Below, in pieces: positions 1-7,640 of a stretch of DNA of 64,000 bases. A model generated the notes under the pieces. It ran no database searches, was not told the DNA's origin, and worked only from the letters and a program-made list of their open reading frames with translations. The position numbers and the translations under genes were made by a program. This stretch comes from a phage. Position 1 is the stretch's first letter. Each line of letters begins with the position of its first letter. The stretch lies in the sequence record PZ151149.1; one strand, given 5' to 3'.

Positions 1-90
1 AGTAACAATTTCTCCTTTCTTTGCTGCATGTTCTACCATATACTTCAAAGTTTCTTCGGAAGCAAGTGCTGCCGCTACTGGATTAATCAT
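1..90 (-). CDS. hypothetical protein, N-terminal 30 codons only (gene continues beyond window start)
   Basis: ATG at 90..88 preceded by AAGGAGA; open frame runs to window edge; sits downstream of early promoter at 115..155. Confidence 0.4.
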   Translation of the reverse strand, partial: MINPVAAALASEETLKYMVEHAAKKGEIVT

Positions 91-114
91 TTTTGATTCT
101 CCTTTGTTGTCGAT

Positions 115-155
115 GTGTGCATTATGCTATACACTATTCCGGTTGTCAACACCTA
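115..155 (-). promoter_or_regulatory. early sigma70-type promoter (TTGACA-17-CATAAT)
   Basis: Reverse complement of 144..149 is TTGACA and of 121..126 is CATAAT, 17-nt spacer; member of repeated promoter family. Confidence 0.5.
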
Positions 156-160
156 AAAAC

Positions 161-192
161 AAAAAAGCCACCCTTTCGGATGGCTTTTGATT
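161..192 (-). terminator. intrinsic terminator (hairpin plus T-tract on minus strand)
   Basis: AGCCACCC-TTTCGG-ATGGCT inverted repeat, T6 on minus strand; near-identical hairpin recurs at 6510, 11449 and 54370. Confidence 0.55.
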
Positions 193-418
193 ATATTTTA
201 TTCACGTCCATTTGTATAGTAGTGTTTGAATCGACCTTTGCTAAACTAGTTAAACATAGTAACCAATTCACCATCCCTTTCCAATGATAACCCTTCCTCG
301 TCTTAGACGGGTCTTCCGATTCGGCAGTAATTGAACACGCGAAAGTATGAGGAAGCCAAATAGTTGTGTTAATGCTAGTATTCTTTTACTTATGGTATGC
401 ATCCCACGGTGACTAACA

Positions 419-817
419 TTAAGCCAGTCGAGTGAGTTTATAAATTGTTTTAAAGCATAGAGCTTTGATATCGTCTAAAATGCTCTGTAACGAGCTATCA
501 ACATCATTATAAATCTCACTAGCCATTTGCGTTAACTCTTGCAAATAGGCAATTTCGCTAATCTCCTTGCGGACGACCAACTTTGGCTGATAACGACCAG
601 TGATCCCAATATTGGTTTCAGTGAAATTATCAACCAATTCTTGCATTTCAAGATAGAACTCTTCTAGAGCCTTATGTTTTGCATAAGATCCAGGACCAGT
701 TACCCCAAAATGCGCAGAATGCATATAAGTAACACTCATCAGACATTCACCGATAAAGCGGTCAACTTTATTAGCCTTTCCCTCTTCGGAAGTCTTTAGA
801 AAATCACTGAATTTCAT
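419..817 (-). CDS. Dps/ferritin-like small protein
   Basis: Translation contains HSAHFGVTGPGSYAKHKALEEFY, matching the Dps motif HWNVKGPNFxxLHxKFEELY; start placed at internal Met of ORF 419..916. Confidence 0.55.
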   Translation of the reverse strand: MKFSDFLKTSEEGKANKVDRFIGECLMSVTYMHSAHFGVTGPGSYAKHKALEEFYLEMQELVDNFTETNIGITGRYQPKLVVRKEISEIAYLQELTQMASEIYNDVDSSLQSILDDIKALCFKTIYKLTRLA

Positions 818-1106
818 GTTCTCGATTCTCCATATTATGCAACAGAACAAATTGTTGTGCGGCATATCCCCCCATAATAAAACACTGCCTAGAATCCATA
901 CATTTACTACGAGCATACATCTTCATAATATGGGCATGAAATTTCTGGCTGGTTTCAATGGAAGGAGATATTTTGTTTACATATACTATCATTGCGCCGT
1001 CGAAATAATCAGTAAAGTCACCAGTTGGATCATATTGATCAGCACTGACACTTCCGACCGCAGTCAAGCATATTGCCGCTGTTAGAGTTTTACGAATAAA
1101 TGACAT
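804..1106 (-). CDS. rI: rI-like lysis-inhibition regulator (antiholin) with N-terminal signal anchor
   Basis: 100 aa, N-terminal hydrophobic signal (MSFIRKTLTAAICLTAVGSVSA), adjacent to tk as in T4; recalled similarity to T4 RI (not computed). Confidence 0.5.
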   Translation of the reverse strand: MSFIRKTLTAAICLTAVGSVSADQYDPTGDFTDYFDGAMIVYVNKISPSIETSQKFHAHIMKMYARSKCMDSRQCFIMGGYAAQQFVLLHNMENREHEIQ

Positions 1107-1174
1107 AAGTCATTCCCCCAGATTGAAAATATTCAGTTATATTTATAATCCGGGGCTTTATTTATGATTAACTC

Positions 1175-1771
1175 TTATTTGGTAGTACCATCAATAAAAT
1201 GTTTACGACACACAGAAACATATTTATCCTCTGCACCAACTTCTATTTGAGCACCATCGCGAATAACATTACCATCTTTATCTACGCGAAGGACCATAGT
1301 CGCTTTCTTGCCACAATGACAAATACCCTTCATTTCGACCAGTTTATCAGCAAATGCCATTAATGCCGCAGATCCTTCAAATAGATTGCCCTGAAAGTCA
1401 GTGCGAAGGCCATAGCACAGTACAGGGATATTAGCATCATCAACAAGCGCACACAAGCCTAAAACATGCTCTTTAGTCATAAATTGGGCTTCATCTACAA
1501 ATACAGCATCAGGACGCCAGCGATCCGTTCTACGCTTACCTAACGATTCACGATAAACCAAGTCGAAAAGATCATCCGATTTAGTGAAGGTGATCGCTGG
1601 AGCACTTAGGCCAATTCGGGAAACGACTTCACTTTCTGAATCTCGATTATCAATCGCTGGCTTAAGAATTAATACTCGCATATCACGTTCTGTATAGTTA
1701 TAAGCACTTTGTAACAGAGAAGTTGATTTGCCAGCGTTCATAGATGCATAGTAGAAATATAATTGCGCCAT
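1175..1771 (-). CDS. tk: thymidine kinase
   Basis: 198 aa; P-loop NAGKST and overall TK family pattern. Confidence 0.95.
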   Translation of the reverse strand: MAQLYFYYASMNAGKSTSLLQSAYNYTERDMRVLILKPAIDNRDSESEVVSRIGLSAPAITFTKSDDLFDLVYRESLGKRRTDRWRPDAVFVDEAQFMTKEHVLGLCALVDDANIPVLCYGLRTDFQGNLFEGSAALMAFADKLVEMKGICHCGKKATMVLRVDKDGNVIRDGAQIEVGAEDKYVSVCRKHFIDGTTK

Positions 1772-2064
1772 TAATTAATCTCCAAAAATCCAACAAGACC
1801 TAAACCGATATAAGTCCAGATACCAATAAAAAAGATGTTAATGCTCATGGCAAGGATAAACCCTTTCAGCGTTTTGGGATACCCGACCCAATATTCCCGA
1901 CCATCTTCTAACCGGATCAGTTTATTGCCTTGCGAGTCCATATCAACTACAACATGTTTATTTCGAGATTGCAATAGATATTGTTTTACAATCTCTACAC
2001 CCGCCATAATAACAATAACGAAAATAAAAGTCCACACAACAAGATTAATGATAGTCTCAAGCAT
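1771..2064 (-). CDS. small membrane protein (two predicted TM helices)
   Basis: 97 aa hydrophobic ORF, start overlaps tk stop. Confidence 0.55.
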   Translation of the reverse strand: MLETIINLVVWTFIFVIVIMAGVEIVKQYLLQSRNKHVVVDMDSQGNKLIRLEDGREYWVGYPKTLKGFILAMSINIFFIGIWTYIGLGLVGFLEIN

Positions 2065-2275
2065 TTTCTATCACCTCCACCCAATCAGGTGTTTCCTGAA
2101 AGACTCCTTCACCTTCATGATGGTCGCAACCTTTATTGCTACAATACATCCACCAATCCCACATTCCCCACGGTAAACGCTGCATATCGTCGTTACAGCA
2201 AGTGAAGATAATAGGCCAACCACATCTAACACATCGGCAGTTTTCTTTCATGTGAGCGGTATTAGGCTTCTTCAT
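2057..2275 (-). CDS. Cys/His-rich small protein (putative zinc-binding)
   Basis: CRCVRCGW...CC...C...C..HH pattern; start moved to internal Met to abut upstream gene. Confidence 0.45.
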   Translation of the reverse strand: MKKPNTAHMKENCRCVRCGWPIIFTCCNDDMQRLPWGMWDWWMYCSNKGCDHHEGEGVFQETPDWVEVIENA

Positions 2276-2466
2276 AGATGACTCCAATATAATCGACATT
2301 TACATTTAGGGCAATGCGGTTCTTTAATATAATACCCGTCTGTCTTTGGAACACTAACAGGAGCGGTTTTTATATTGTATTCAGTGAAACAACGAAAACA
2401 AGTTACGTTTTCTACAGACTGACGTTTCACCCAATCACCGGAATATAGATCATTTTTATTTGTCAT
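2272..2466 (-). CDS. zinc-ribbon small protein
   Basis: CxxC (CFRC) and CPKCKC pairs; start at internal Met MTNKND. Confidence 0.45.
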   Translation of the reverse strand: MTNKNDLYSGDWVKRQSVENVTCFRCFTEYNIKTAPVSVPKTDGYYIKEPHCPKCKCRLYWSHL

Positions 2467-2926
2467 ATTCAACCACCACAATATTGATATCTGGAGTAGC
2501 AATATTAATGATCTCTTCTACACATTCCCACTCAAGGCCACCGATACCGCAACCGATTTTAGGAATATAGAAAGGCTGTATAGCACCTTCAAAAACATCA
2601 TTGATAGTCTCAAATCCTTTCAGGATAGCACCATATTCAGCATTTGGACCCGGTCGGAATTGGGTATAGAGATTAACCCCGCACCAGTTATAACCATTAA
2701 CTTGATGCGTCCAGACACTAAACCCACCCAGCTTTTCTACCTTACCGCGAGAAGTTTGCTTGTCAATCTCTAACGCTTGTGGGAACTCTTTCGCGATCTT
2801 CGCAGCAATACCAGCGCCCATAGTATGAAAACAATTACAACCATGAATTAAATGACCGTTTCCTTGTTTAAACAGGGCGATGAGATCGCCCTTTACAGTA
2901 TCAATAATCATAATATAAACCTCCAA
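2456..2926 (-). CDS. macro-domain protein (ADP-ribose binding/processing family)
   Basis: Motifs HGCNCFHTMGAGIAAKI (cf. NAANxxLxGGGVxxAI) and IPKIGCGIGG (cf. FPAISTGIYG); GGAGG 7 nt upstream of ATG. Confidence 0.6.
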   Translation of the reverse strand: MEVYIMIIDTVKGDLIALFKQGNGHLIHGCNCFHTMGAGIAAKIAKEFPQALEIDKQTSRGKVEKLGGFSVWTHQVNGYNWCGVNLYTQFRPGPNAEYGAILKGFETINDVFEGAIQPFYIPKIGCGIGGLEWECVEEIINIATPDINIVVVEYDK

Positions 2927-3286
2927 TTAGTCACGGGAAGACAACCCAGCCATAAAACGGCTTAAAAGCGTGTCACGATAAGCAAAGCATAATTGCTTAT
3001 CAGGGGCAGTATCACACAGGTTGCGTTTTGTTTTAGCGAAACTGGCAATACTAAGATCCCATGCTCGATTTTTTCGTTTTTCATCTCGGCCTTGTTTATA
3101 GGCTTCGTCGAGTTCAAGTGCGATAAAATCGCTACACATGTTATCATCATCACAGAAGGTTTTAATGATCTTTTTGTTGATCTCAAATCCTTTGTATTCG
3201 AACTTTGGATAAGGTCGCTCATTACTAGCAAGCGCACCAGCAGAGAACATCATAGCAATCATAGCAATTATTGTCAACTTTTTCAT
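2927..3286 (-). CDS. secreted/periplasmic small protein (signal peptide)
   Basis: N-terminal MKKLTIIAMIAMMFSAGALA signal peptide, 4 Cys in mature part. Confidence 0.6.
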   Translation of the reverse strand: MKKLTIIAMIAMMFSAGALASNERPYPKFEYKGFEINKKIIKTFCDDDNMCSDFIALELDEAYKQGRDEKRKNRAWDLSIASFAKTKRNLCDTAPDKQLCFAYRDTLLSRFMAGLSSRD

Positions 3287-3293
3287 ACATTCC

Positions 3294-3884
3294 TCAATAG
3301 CGTTTAGTTTTAAGAATGCCTTTACTCTTTAGATGGTTAGCTTTTTTTAGTACGTCATCAGCATAACCTAAACCGGCTTTATAGTTCCACCCTGCATTGT
3401 AAGAAGCTAGCGCGAGTCGGATATTACCGTTTCGAACATCCAGCCAGTATGCTAACTCATCCATCGCGTAGAATGCAGAAACCTCGCGATTCATGATAAA
3501 GTTGATAGTCTGGCGATCACTCATTTTAACACCGCGCTTTGCATTTTTCGCTTTCACCGTTTTAAGGTAATTTTGAAATAATCCATAAGCATGATGATTT
3601 TTCTTTGGTGATAAGTTTGCACCCGCGCTTGATTCTTGCCATGCGATACCCGCCAAGATGTGACCTAAACCCTTTCCGTTATAGCGAATATTCGGATGGT
3701 CCTTTTTCAACTTACCGCTTTTCTCGAATTGCTCGCCGTATTGATAGGCGAAATGTAAATTATCTAGTTGGTGTGCTGTAAAGTTGTCTATCGGCGCTTT
3801 TTTGATCGGTGCGCTAGTCGATGCGTGTGTAGCACCAACGGCTAGTGACAGACTCAATACTATCGCTTTTAGAACTTTTAACAT
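3294..3884 (-). CDS. exported lytic transglycosylase (SLT-domain protein)
   Basis: Signal peptide plus SLT motifs AGIAWQESS, GLFQ, YNAGWNY. Confidence 0.75.
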   Translation of the reverse strand: MLKVLKAIVLSLSLAVGATHASTSAPIKKAPIDNFTAHQLDNLHFAYQYGEQFEKSGKLKKDHPNIRYNGKGLGHILAGIAWQESSAGANLSPKKNHHAYGLFQNYLKTVKAKNAKRGVKMSDRQTINFIMNREVSAFYAMDELAYWLDVRNGNIRLALASYNAGWNYKAGLGYADDVLKKANHLKSKGILKTKRY

Positions 3885-3969
3885 TAATTTCTCCTGTTTG
3901 GCTTAACTTTCTGATTCCATAATATAGCCCTATCACCAGAAAGTCAAGCATTAATTTAACAAATTTCCA

Positions 3970-4392
3970 TTATTGGTCTACCCTCAAAACAACAGCCGAC
4001 ATTTTACCCGCAAGTCGTTTTGGATTCTCTATAATCATTCGGCAGCATAGACCGTGATACGGTTTACCCTCTTCGATTAGATCTACTGTCATTCCGATCC
4101 ACATGTTACCGTCAGTAATTTCTAATCGATTAGGTCGGTCTTCCATTTTCAGGAAGTCGAAGATCTCCGGCAAACGAGTTTCTACCTTATTGAATAGTTC
4201 CATTGTCTTATGTTCATCGATATGACGATCGGTTAATCTGTCGATCATATGTGGACTAAAGCGAATGAAAATATACTCGCCGTAACCATCATTCAAGCAC
4301 TTTTCTTTGATCTGCGCATTGGTTTTGCGCATTTCGGTTTCGAAGAATCTGCGCAGCTTACTACGGCGAACATGTACGTTAATTGTTTCCAT
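3970..4392 (-). CDS. regB: RegB-like endoribonuclease
   Basis: Recalled similarity to T4 RegB (RRSKLRR..., RLEITDGNMWIGMTV); start at internal Met with AGGAGA RBS. Confidence 0.75.
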   Translation of the reverse strand: METINVHVRRSKLRRFFETEMRKTNAQIKEKCLNDGYGEYIFIRFSPHMIDRLTDRHIDEHKTMELFNKVETRLPEIFDFLKMEDRPNRLEITDGNMWIGMTVDLIEEGKPYHGLCCRMIIENPKRLAGKMSAVVLRVDQ

Positions 4393-4393
4393 T

Positions 4394-4732
4394 TTATTCT
4401 CCTTTCTTGAACAAATTGCGAAGCCAGTATACAAACGGGATTTCTTTAAACTTGAATTTCTCTATAGTTAATTCTTTAGTAGCAAGATGAATACCATAAG
4501 AATCATGTGTCACGATATGCCATTTTCTATAGTCCAAATGTGAACAACCATTTGAATCTAGGTTAATAATAGTTTCTCGCTCACTAGGATTGTTTTTCCA
4601 CGATTTTGTAATCGGATCGCACATAATTCGACCTAGCGTACCATGAATAATCTCGCATTTGTAAACCTTTCCGGCAGTGATATAAGCGCAACCGTCATAG
4701 TCGGTATAAACAAACACTTCTTTAACACTCAT
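4394..4732 (-). CDS. hypothetical protein, member of local 3-gene paralog family
   Basis: Shares NGCSHLDYRKW motif with next two genes; RBS AAAGGAG upstream of ATG 4732. Confidence 0.55.
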   Translation of the reverse strand: MSVKEVFVYTDYDGCAYITAGKVYKCEIIHGTLGRIMCDPITKSWKNNPSERETIINLDSNGCSHLDYRKWHIVTHDSYGIHLATKELTIEKFKFKEIPFVYWLRNLFKKGE

Positions 4733-4757
4733 TTTAATACTCCTTTGTAGTTTCGAT

Positions 4758-4798
4758 GGGGGTATATTACTACCCCCGTTTTGACGTGTCAACTACTT
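4758..4798 (-). promoter_or_regulatory. early sigma70-type promoter (TTGACA-17-TAATAT)
   Basis: -35 at 4787..4792 (rc TTGACA), -10 at 4764..4769 (rc TAATAT); -10 embedded in palindrome GGGGGTA..TACCCCC. Confidence 0.45.
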
Positions 4799-5038
4799 TT
4801 TCAAGAATTTTTTGAGTACATTCCAAAGACCTTTATTCTCGGCTTGTTTTGGTTCTTCGATCAGTGTCCATGTTCGACCGTCTAAGTGTGCACAATTTTT
4901 AAGGCAAATAAAAATCTGGTGTCCCTTATCATCACGGATATAACCACTATTCGCAAATCTTTCATGTGGTGTATATTCATACAGTGTATTCGGTGTAATA
5001 TACTTGCGGTTACTATAAGGTGTCGTTACATATTTCAT
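4793..5038 (-). CDS. hypothetical protein, paralog family
   Basis: ITPNTLYEYTP...GYIRDD...CAHLDGRTW pattern shared with 5035..5229. Confidence 0.55.
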   Translation of the reverse strand: MKYVTTPYSNRKYITPNTLYEYTPHERFANSGYIRDDKGHQIFICLKNCAHLDGRTWTLIEEPKQAENKGLWNVLKKFLKK

Positions 5039-5229
5039 GGTACTAACTCCCAACGATCACCGCGAAGATGAGAACATCCACCATCAAGAAGGATCGTAAT
5101 ACGAAACCCCGCATCATCTTCAATATACCCGATAGTCGGTGGATGTTCGTCGTCTCGTGTCGGGGTAAAATCATACATCTTTCCCGGTGTGATATCATTG
5201 CCTTTATTGCTATTGGTATAAACTTGCAT
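5035..5229 (-). CDS. hypothetical protein, paralog family
   Basis: ITPGKMYDFTP...GYIEDD...CSHLRGDRW pattern. Confidence 0.55.
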   Translation of the reverse strand: MQVYTNSNKGNDITPGKMYDFTPTRDDEHPPTIGYIEDDAGFRITILLDGGCSHLRGDRWELVP

Positions 5230-5250
5230 TTTCTTAATCTCCTACATTAA

Positions 5251-5949
5251 CTAACCACGGGTATAGTGTTCCAGAACAACGGTCAGATGAATATATTCTA
5301 ATAAATCTTTCCAAAAGTCAACATCTGGTTCTTCCGGCATACCGTTTTTCTTTGCCTCTTCACGCGCGAGTTTAACACGCTCGTAGAGATCTTTCAATTC
5401 TTCCCGCACATTATCAAAGGTTCTTTCTCCTAACTTACACGCTAAAATAGAAGAACGTCGCGCGAGAGGGAATTGTAGATCACCAGTCTGATAGATTTCA
5501 AGTAGCTGATAACCAACACGCAGAGCATGAGAAAGGTCTTTCCAGTTACTGAAATACTTTTCAGATTTGGCTACCTGCTTTTTGAGATAACCGGAGCACC
5601 CCCACATACCAACATGATAGAATTTATCGCGATGTGTTCGGATGTATTCCCATTCTCTGGAGGATTCAATCAACATGTTACTAGGCGCGTGCACCATGTC
5701 AATAGCGCCGATATCACCTTTACATGCCAGATTGATAAACCGTTTTAGACTGAACATATTAACGTCAATATCGTCTTTGGTGTTCTTGATACCTTGACCG
5801 CTAGTGCTTTGGTCATAGTGTTCTTTCATCGATCCTAAGATAATTTCTTTCGCAGTCGGAACAAAGATACCACGATAATCTTTATCGGAATTTTCAGTAT
5901 CAAGGCCGTATAAGTGAGATCCGAAGACCATTTTAACCATTGTATGCAT
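5251..5949 (-). CDS. Pol-beta-superfamily nucleotidyltransferase
   Basis: N-terminal FGSHLYGLDTENSDKDYRG (GS...DxD nucleotidyltransferase signature) followed by helical C-terminal region. Confidence 0.6.
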   Translation of the reverse strand: MHTMVKMVFGSHLYGLDTENSDKDYRGIFVPTAKEIILGSMKEHYDQSTSGQGIKNTKDDIDVNMFSLKRFINLACKGDIGAIDMVHAPSNMLIESSREWEYIRTHRDKFYHVGMWGCSGYLKKQVAKSEKYFSNWKDLSHALRVGYQLLEIYQTGDLQFPLARRSSILACKLGERTFDNVREELKDLYERVKLAREEAKKNGMPEEPDVDFWKDLLEYIHLTVVLEHYTRG

Positions 5950-5962
5950 AATTAAACCCTCA

Positions 5963-6493
5963 TTAGTATTTTACGTTACGTCGAACGCCTTTTCGAATCT
6001 GACAAATAGCAGACGGTGAAACATTATATTTTCTTGCAAGTTCTACACCCTTCATATGGGGAGAAGATAAAATCTCTTCCACTTGGTCGTCGGTAAGTTT
6101 TGCGTTTCCGTGGTTCTCTCCCCAATTGTTGTTTAATCCTTCTTCCTTCGCATGAACAAGATTTCGGGTATCTGTCGTCCATTCAAGATTATAAAGGTCA
6201 TAGTTTTGTTTGTTTCCATCCTTATGATTAACTACACGGTAGTTATTTGGATTCGGAATAAACGCAACCGCCATAGCTTTATGCATGTTCACGGTTTTTC
6301 TAAATCCATCCGGCTTATAACATACTGTAAATTTAGAATAACCAGTTTTACCATAAACACTAATATAATTTCCGGTCTCTGTATTTCTAACCCTACCATG
6401 AGAGCTAATCTCAAATTGAGTGTAGGGCAACAGCGCATCAATCACTTTCCATTCTTCGACAGGATGGTCATCACAATATCTTTTAATCATCAT
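5963..6493 (-). CDS. HNH homing endonuclease (NUMOD4-like N-term, HNH, C-terminal HTH)
   Basis: EISSHGRVRN, VNHKDGNKQNYDLYNLEW, and C-terminal helix-turn-helix LARKYNVSPSAICQIRKG. Confidence 0.8.
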   Translation of the reverse strand: MMIKRYCDDHPVEEWKVIDALLPYTQFEISSHGRVRNTETGNYISVYGKTGYSKFTVCYKPDGFRKTVNMHKAMAVAFIPNPNNYRVVNHKDGNKQNYDLYNLEWTTDTRNLVHAKEEGLNNNWGENHGNAKLTDDQVEEILSSPHMKGVELARKYNVSPSAICQIRKGVRRNVKY

Positions 6494-6509
6494 ATCACCT
6501 CATAAAAAT

Positions 6510-6540
6510 AAAGCCAACCCTTTCGGATTGGCTTAAAAAA
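6510..6540 (-). terminator. intrinsic terminator
   Basis: AGCCAACCC-TTTCGG-ATTGGCT hairpin with T-rich tail on minus strand, directly after 6541 stop. Confidence 0.5.
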
Positions 6541-6957
6541 TTACATTGCTTCCGTAAAGGTGCGCGAAATAACGTCACGTTGTTGGTCTGGAGTCAGACT
6601 ATTGAATCTTACGGCATATCCGCTAACGCGAATGGTTAGTTGCGGATACTTATCAGGATTAGCAACCGCATCAAGAAGAAGATCGCGACTCATCACATTG
6701 ATATTCGCGTGCTGACCACCTTCGACAACCGGAGCGCCATTATCTACAACAACCGGACGGAAGCTAGTTGTGTGCAGTGCCAGCGAATCGACGTCTTCGG
6801 CGGTGATCACATGTTCTTCTGCGAAAGTTTTACTAACAATTACTTTAGCGCCGATCAGTGCTTTCGGTTCGGATACCAGAATCATAGGCGCGAAGTGTCC
6901 ACCGATAATAGTACCTTTATGCTCACCTTTCATGATTTGAATTGCTTTAAATTCCAT
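6541..6957 (-). CDS. grcA: autonomous glycyl radical cofactor (GrcA/YfiD-like; T4 Y06I-type)
   Basis: C-terminus [11 protein letters not shown]...[33 protein letters not shown] is near-identical to the GrcA glycyl-radical motif. Confidence 0.85.
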   Translation of the reverse strand: MEFKAIQIMKGEHKGTIIGGHFAPMILVSEPKALIGAKVIVSKTFAEEHVITAEDVDSLALHTTSFRPVVVDNGAPVVEGGQHANINVMSRDLLLDAVANPDKYPQLTIRVSGYAVRFNSLTPDQQRDVISRTFTEAM

Positions 6958-7092
6958 AATTCACCTCTTATAGATCAGGACGTTCGTCATTAACTTTTCC
7001 AACCAAAACCCCATAGAGCCTATCAGGTTGGACTTTACGATTCTTTTTAATTGTAGCACGAAATCGACGAGCTACGCTATCTTTATTTTTCA

Positions 7093-7578
7093 TCAGTTGA
7101 TACCTAAGCCAATGAAAATAGGTTGGTCTTCTACATTACCCATCCCAACACTAAGTCGATTTACTTCTAAAAACTGCAATACGCTGTCAGTAAATCCTCG
7201 CATGGTAGTATCTAGGATAAAGATTGTTTTGTCAAGACTACGACCTCGCCAAGTGATCGGATTCAGGAAAGTTCGGATCGAAGTGCAATCTACATTTGAA
7301 ATGTTGATATTTTCACCGCGACCGCGTTCTCGGATCGTTTTGGCATGTTCCCGCGTTGTTGAAACGATAAAAACACTATATCCTTTTCGCGTATAATGGT
7401 CATATAACTTGATTGTAGCGTCTGTATGCCCTGTTTGACGGCCTAAATTGATTGAGACGATGGAATCTAGGTCATCAGCAAAATTACGTCGCTTACGGCG
7501 TTCTATGATGCCATCTACGGCAGATACACACGCAGCATAAATCAAATCTTTACTTTCTAATTTTACATCAATATTCAT
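7093..7578 (-). CDS. hypothetical protein
   Basis: 161 aa ORF, no confident motif (GRQTGHT is not a canonical P-loop). Confidence 0.55.
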   Translation of the reverse strand: MNIDVKLESKDLIYAACVSAVDGIIERRKRRNFADDLDSIVSINLGRQTGHTDATIKLYDHYTRKGYSVFIVSTTREHAKTIRERGRGENINISNVDCTSIRTFLNPITWRGRSLDKTIFILDTTMRGFTDSVLQFLEVNRLSVGMGNVEDQPIFIGLGIN

Positions 7579-7640
7579 GGTAAAGTCTCCAGTGAACGGG
7601 GAGAGATCCTTAGATTGTCTCCCCGTTGATGGTTAATATT

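Noticed and set aside
93-287. 64-aa plus-strand ORF
   Set aside because: Spans a minus-strand promoter and terminator hairpin, has no RBS, and fits no operon context.
190-418. Possible tRNA or small RNA in a 230-bp non-coding gap
   Set aside because: Scanned by eye for T-loop (GTTCGAATC-like) and acceptor-stem pairing on both strands; nothing convincing. A covariance-model search would be needed to exclude it.
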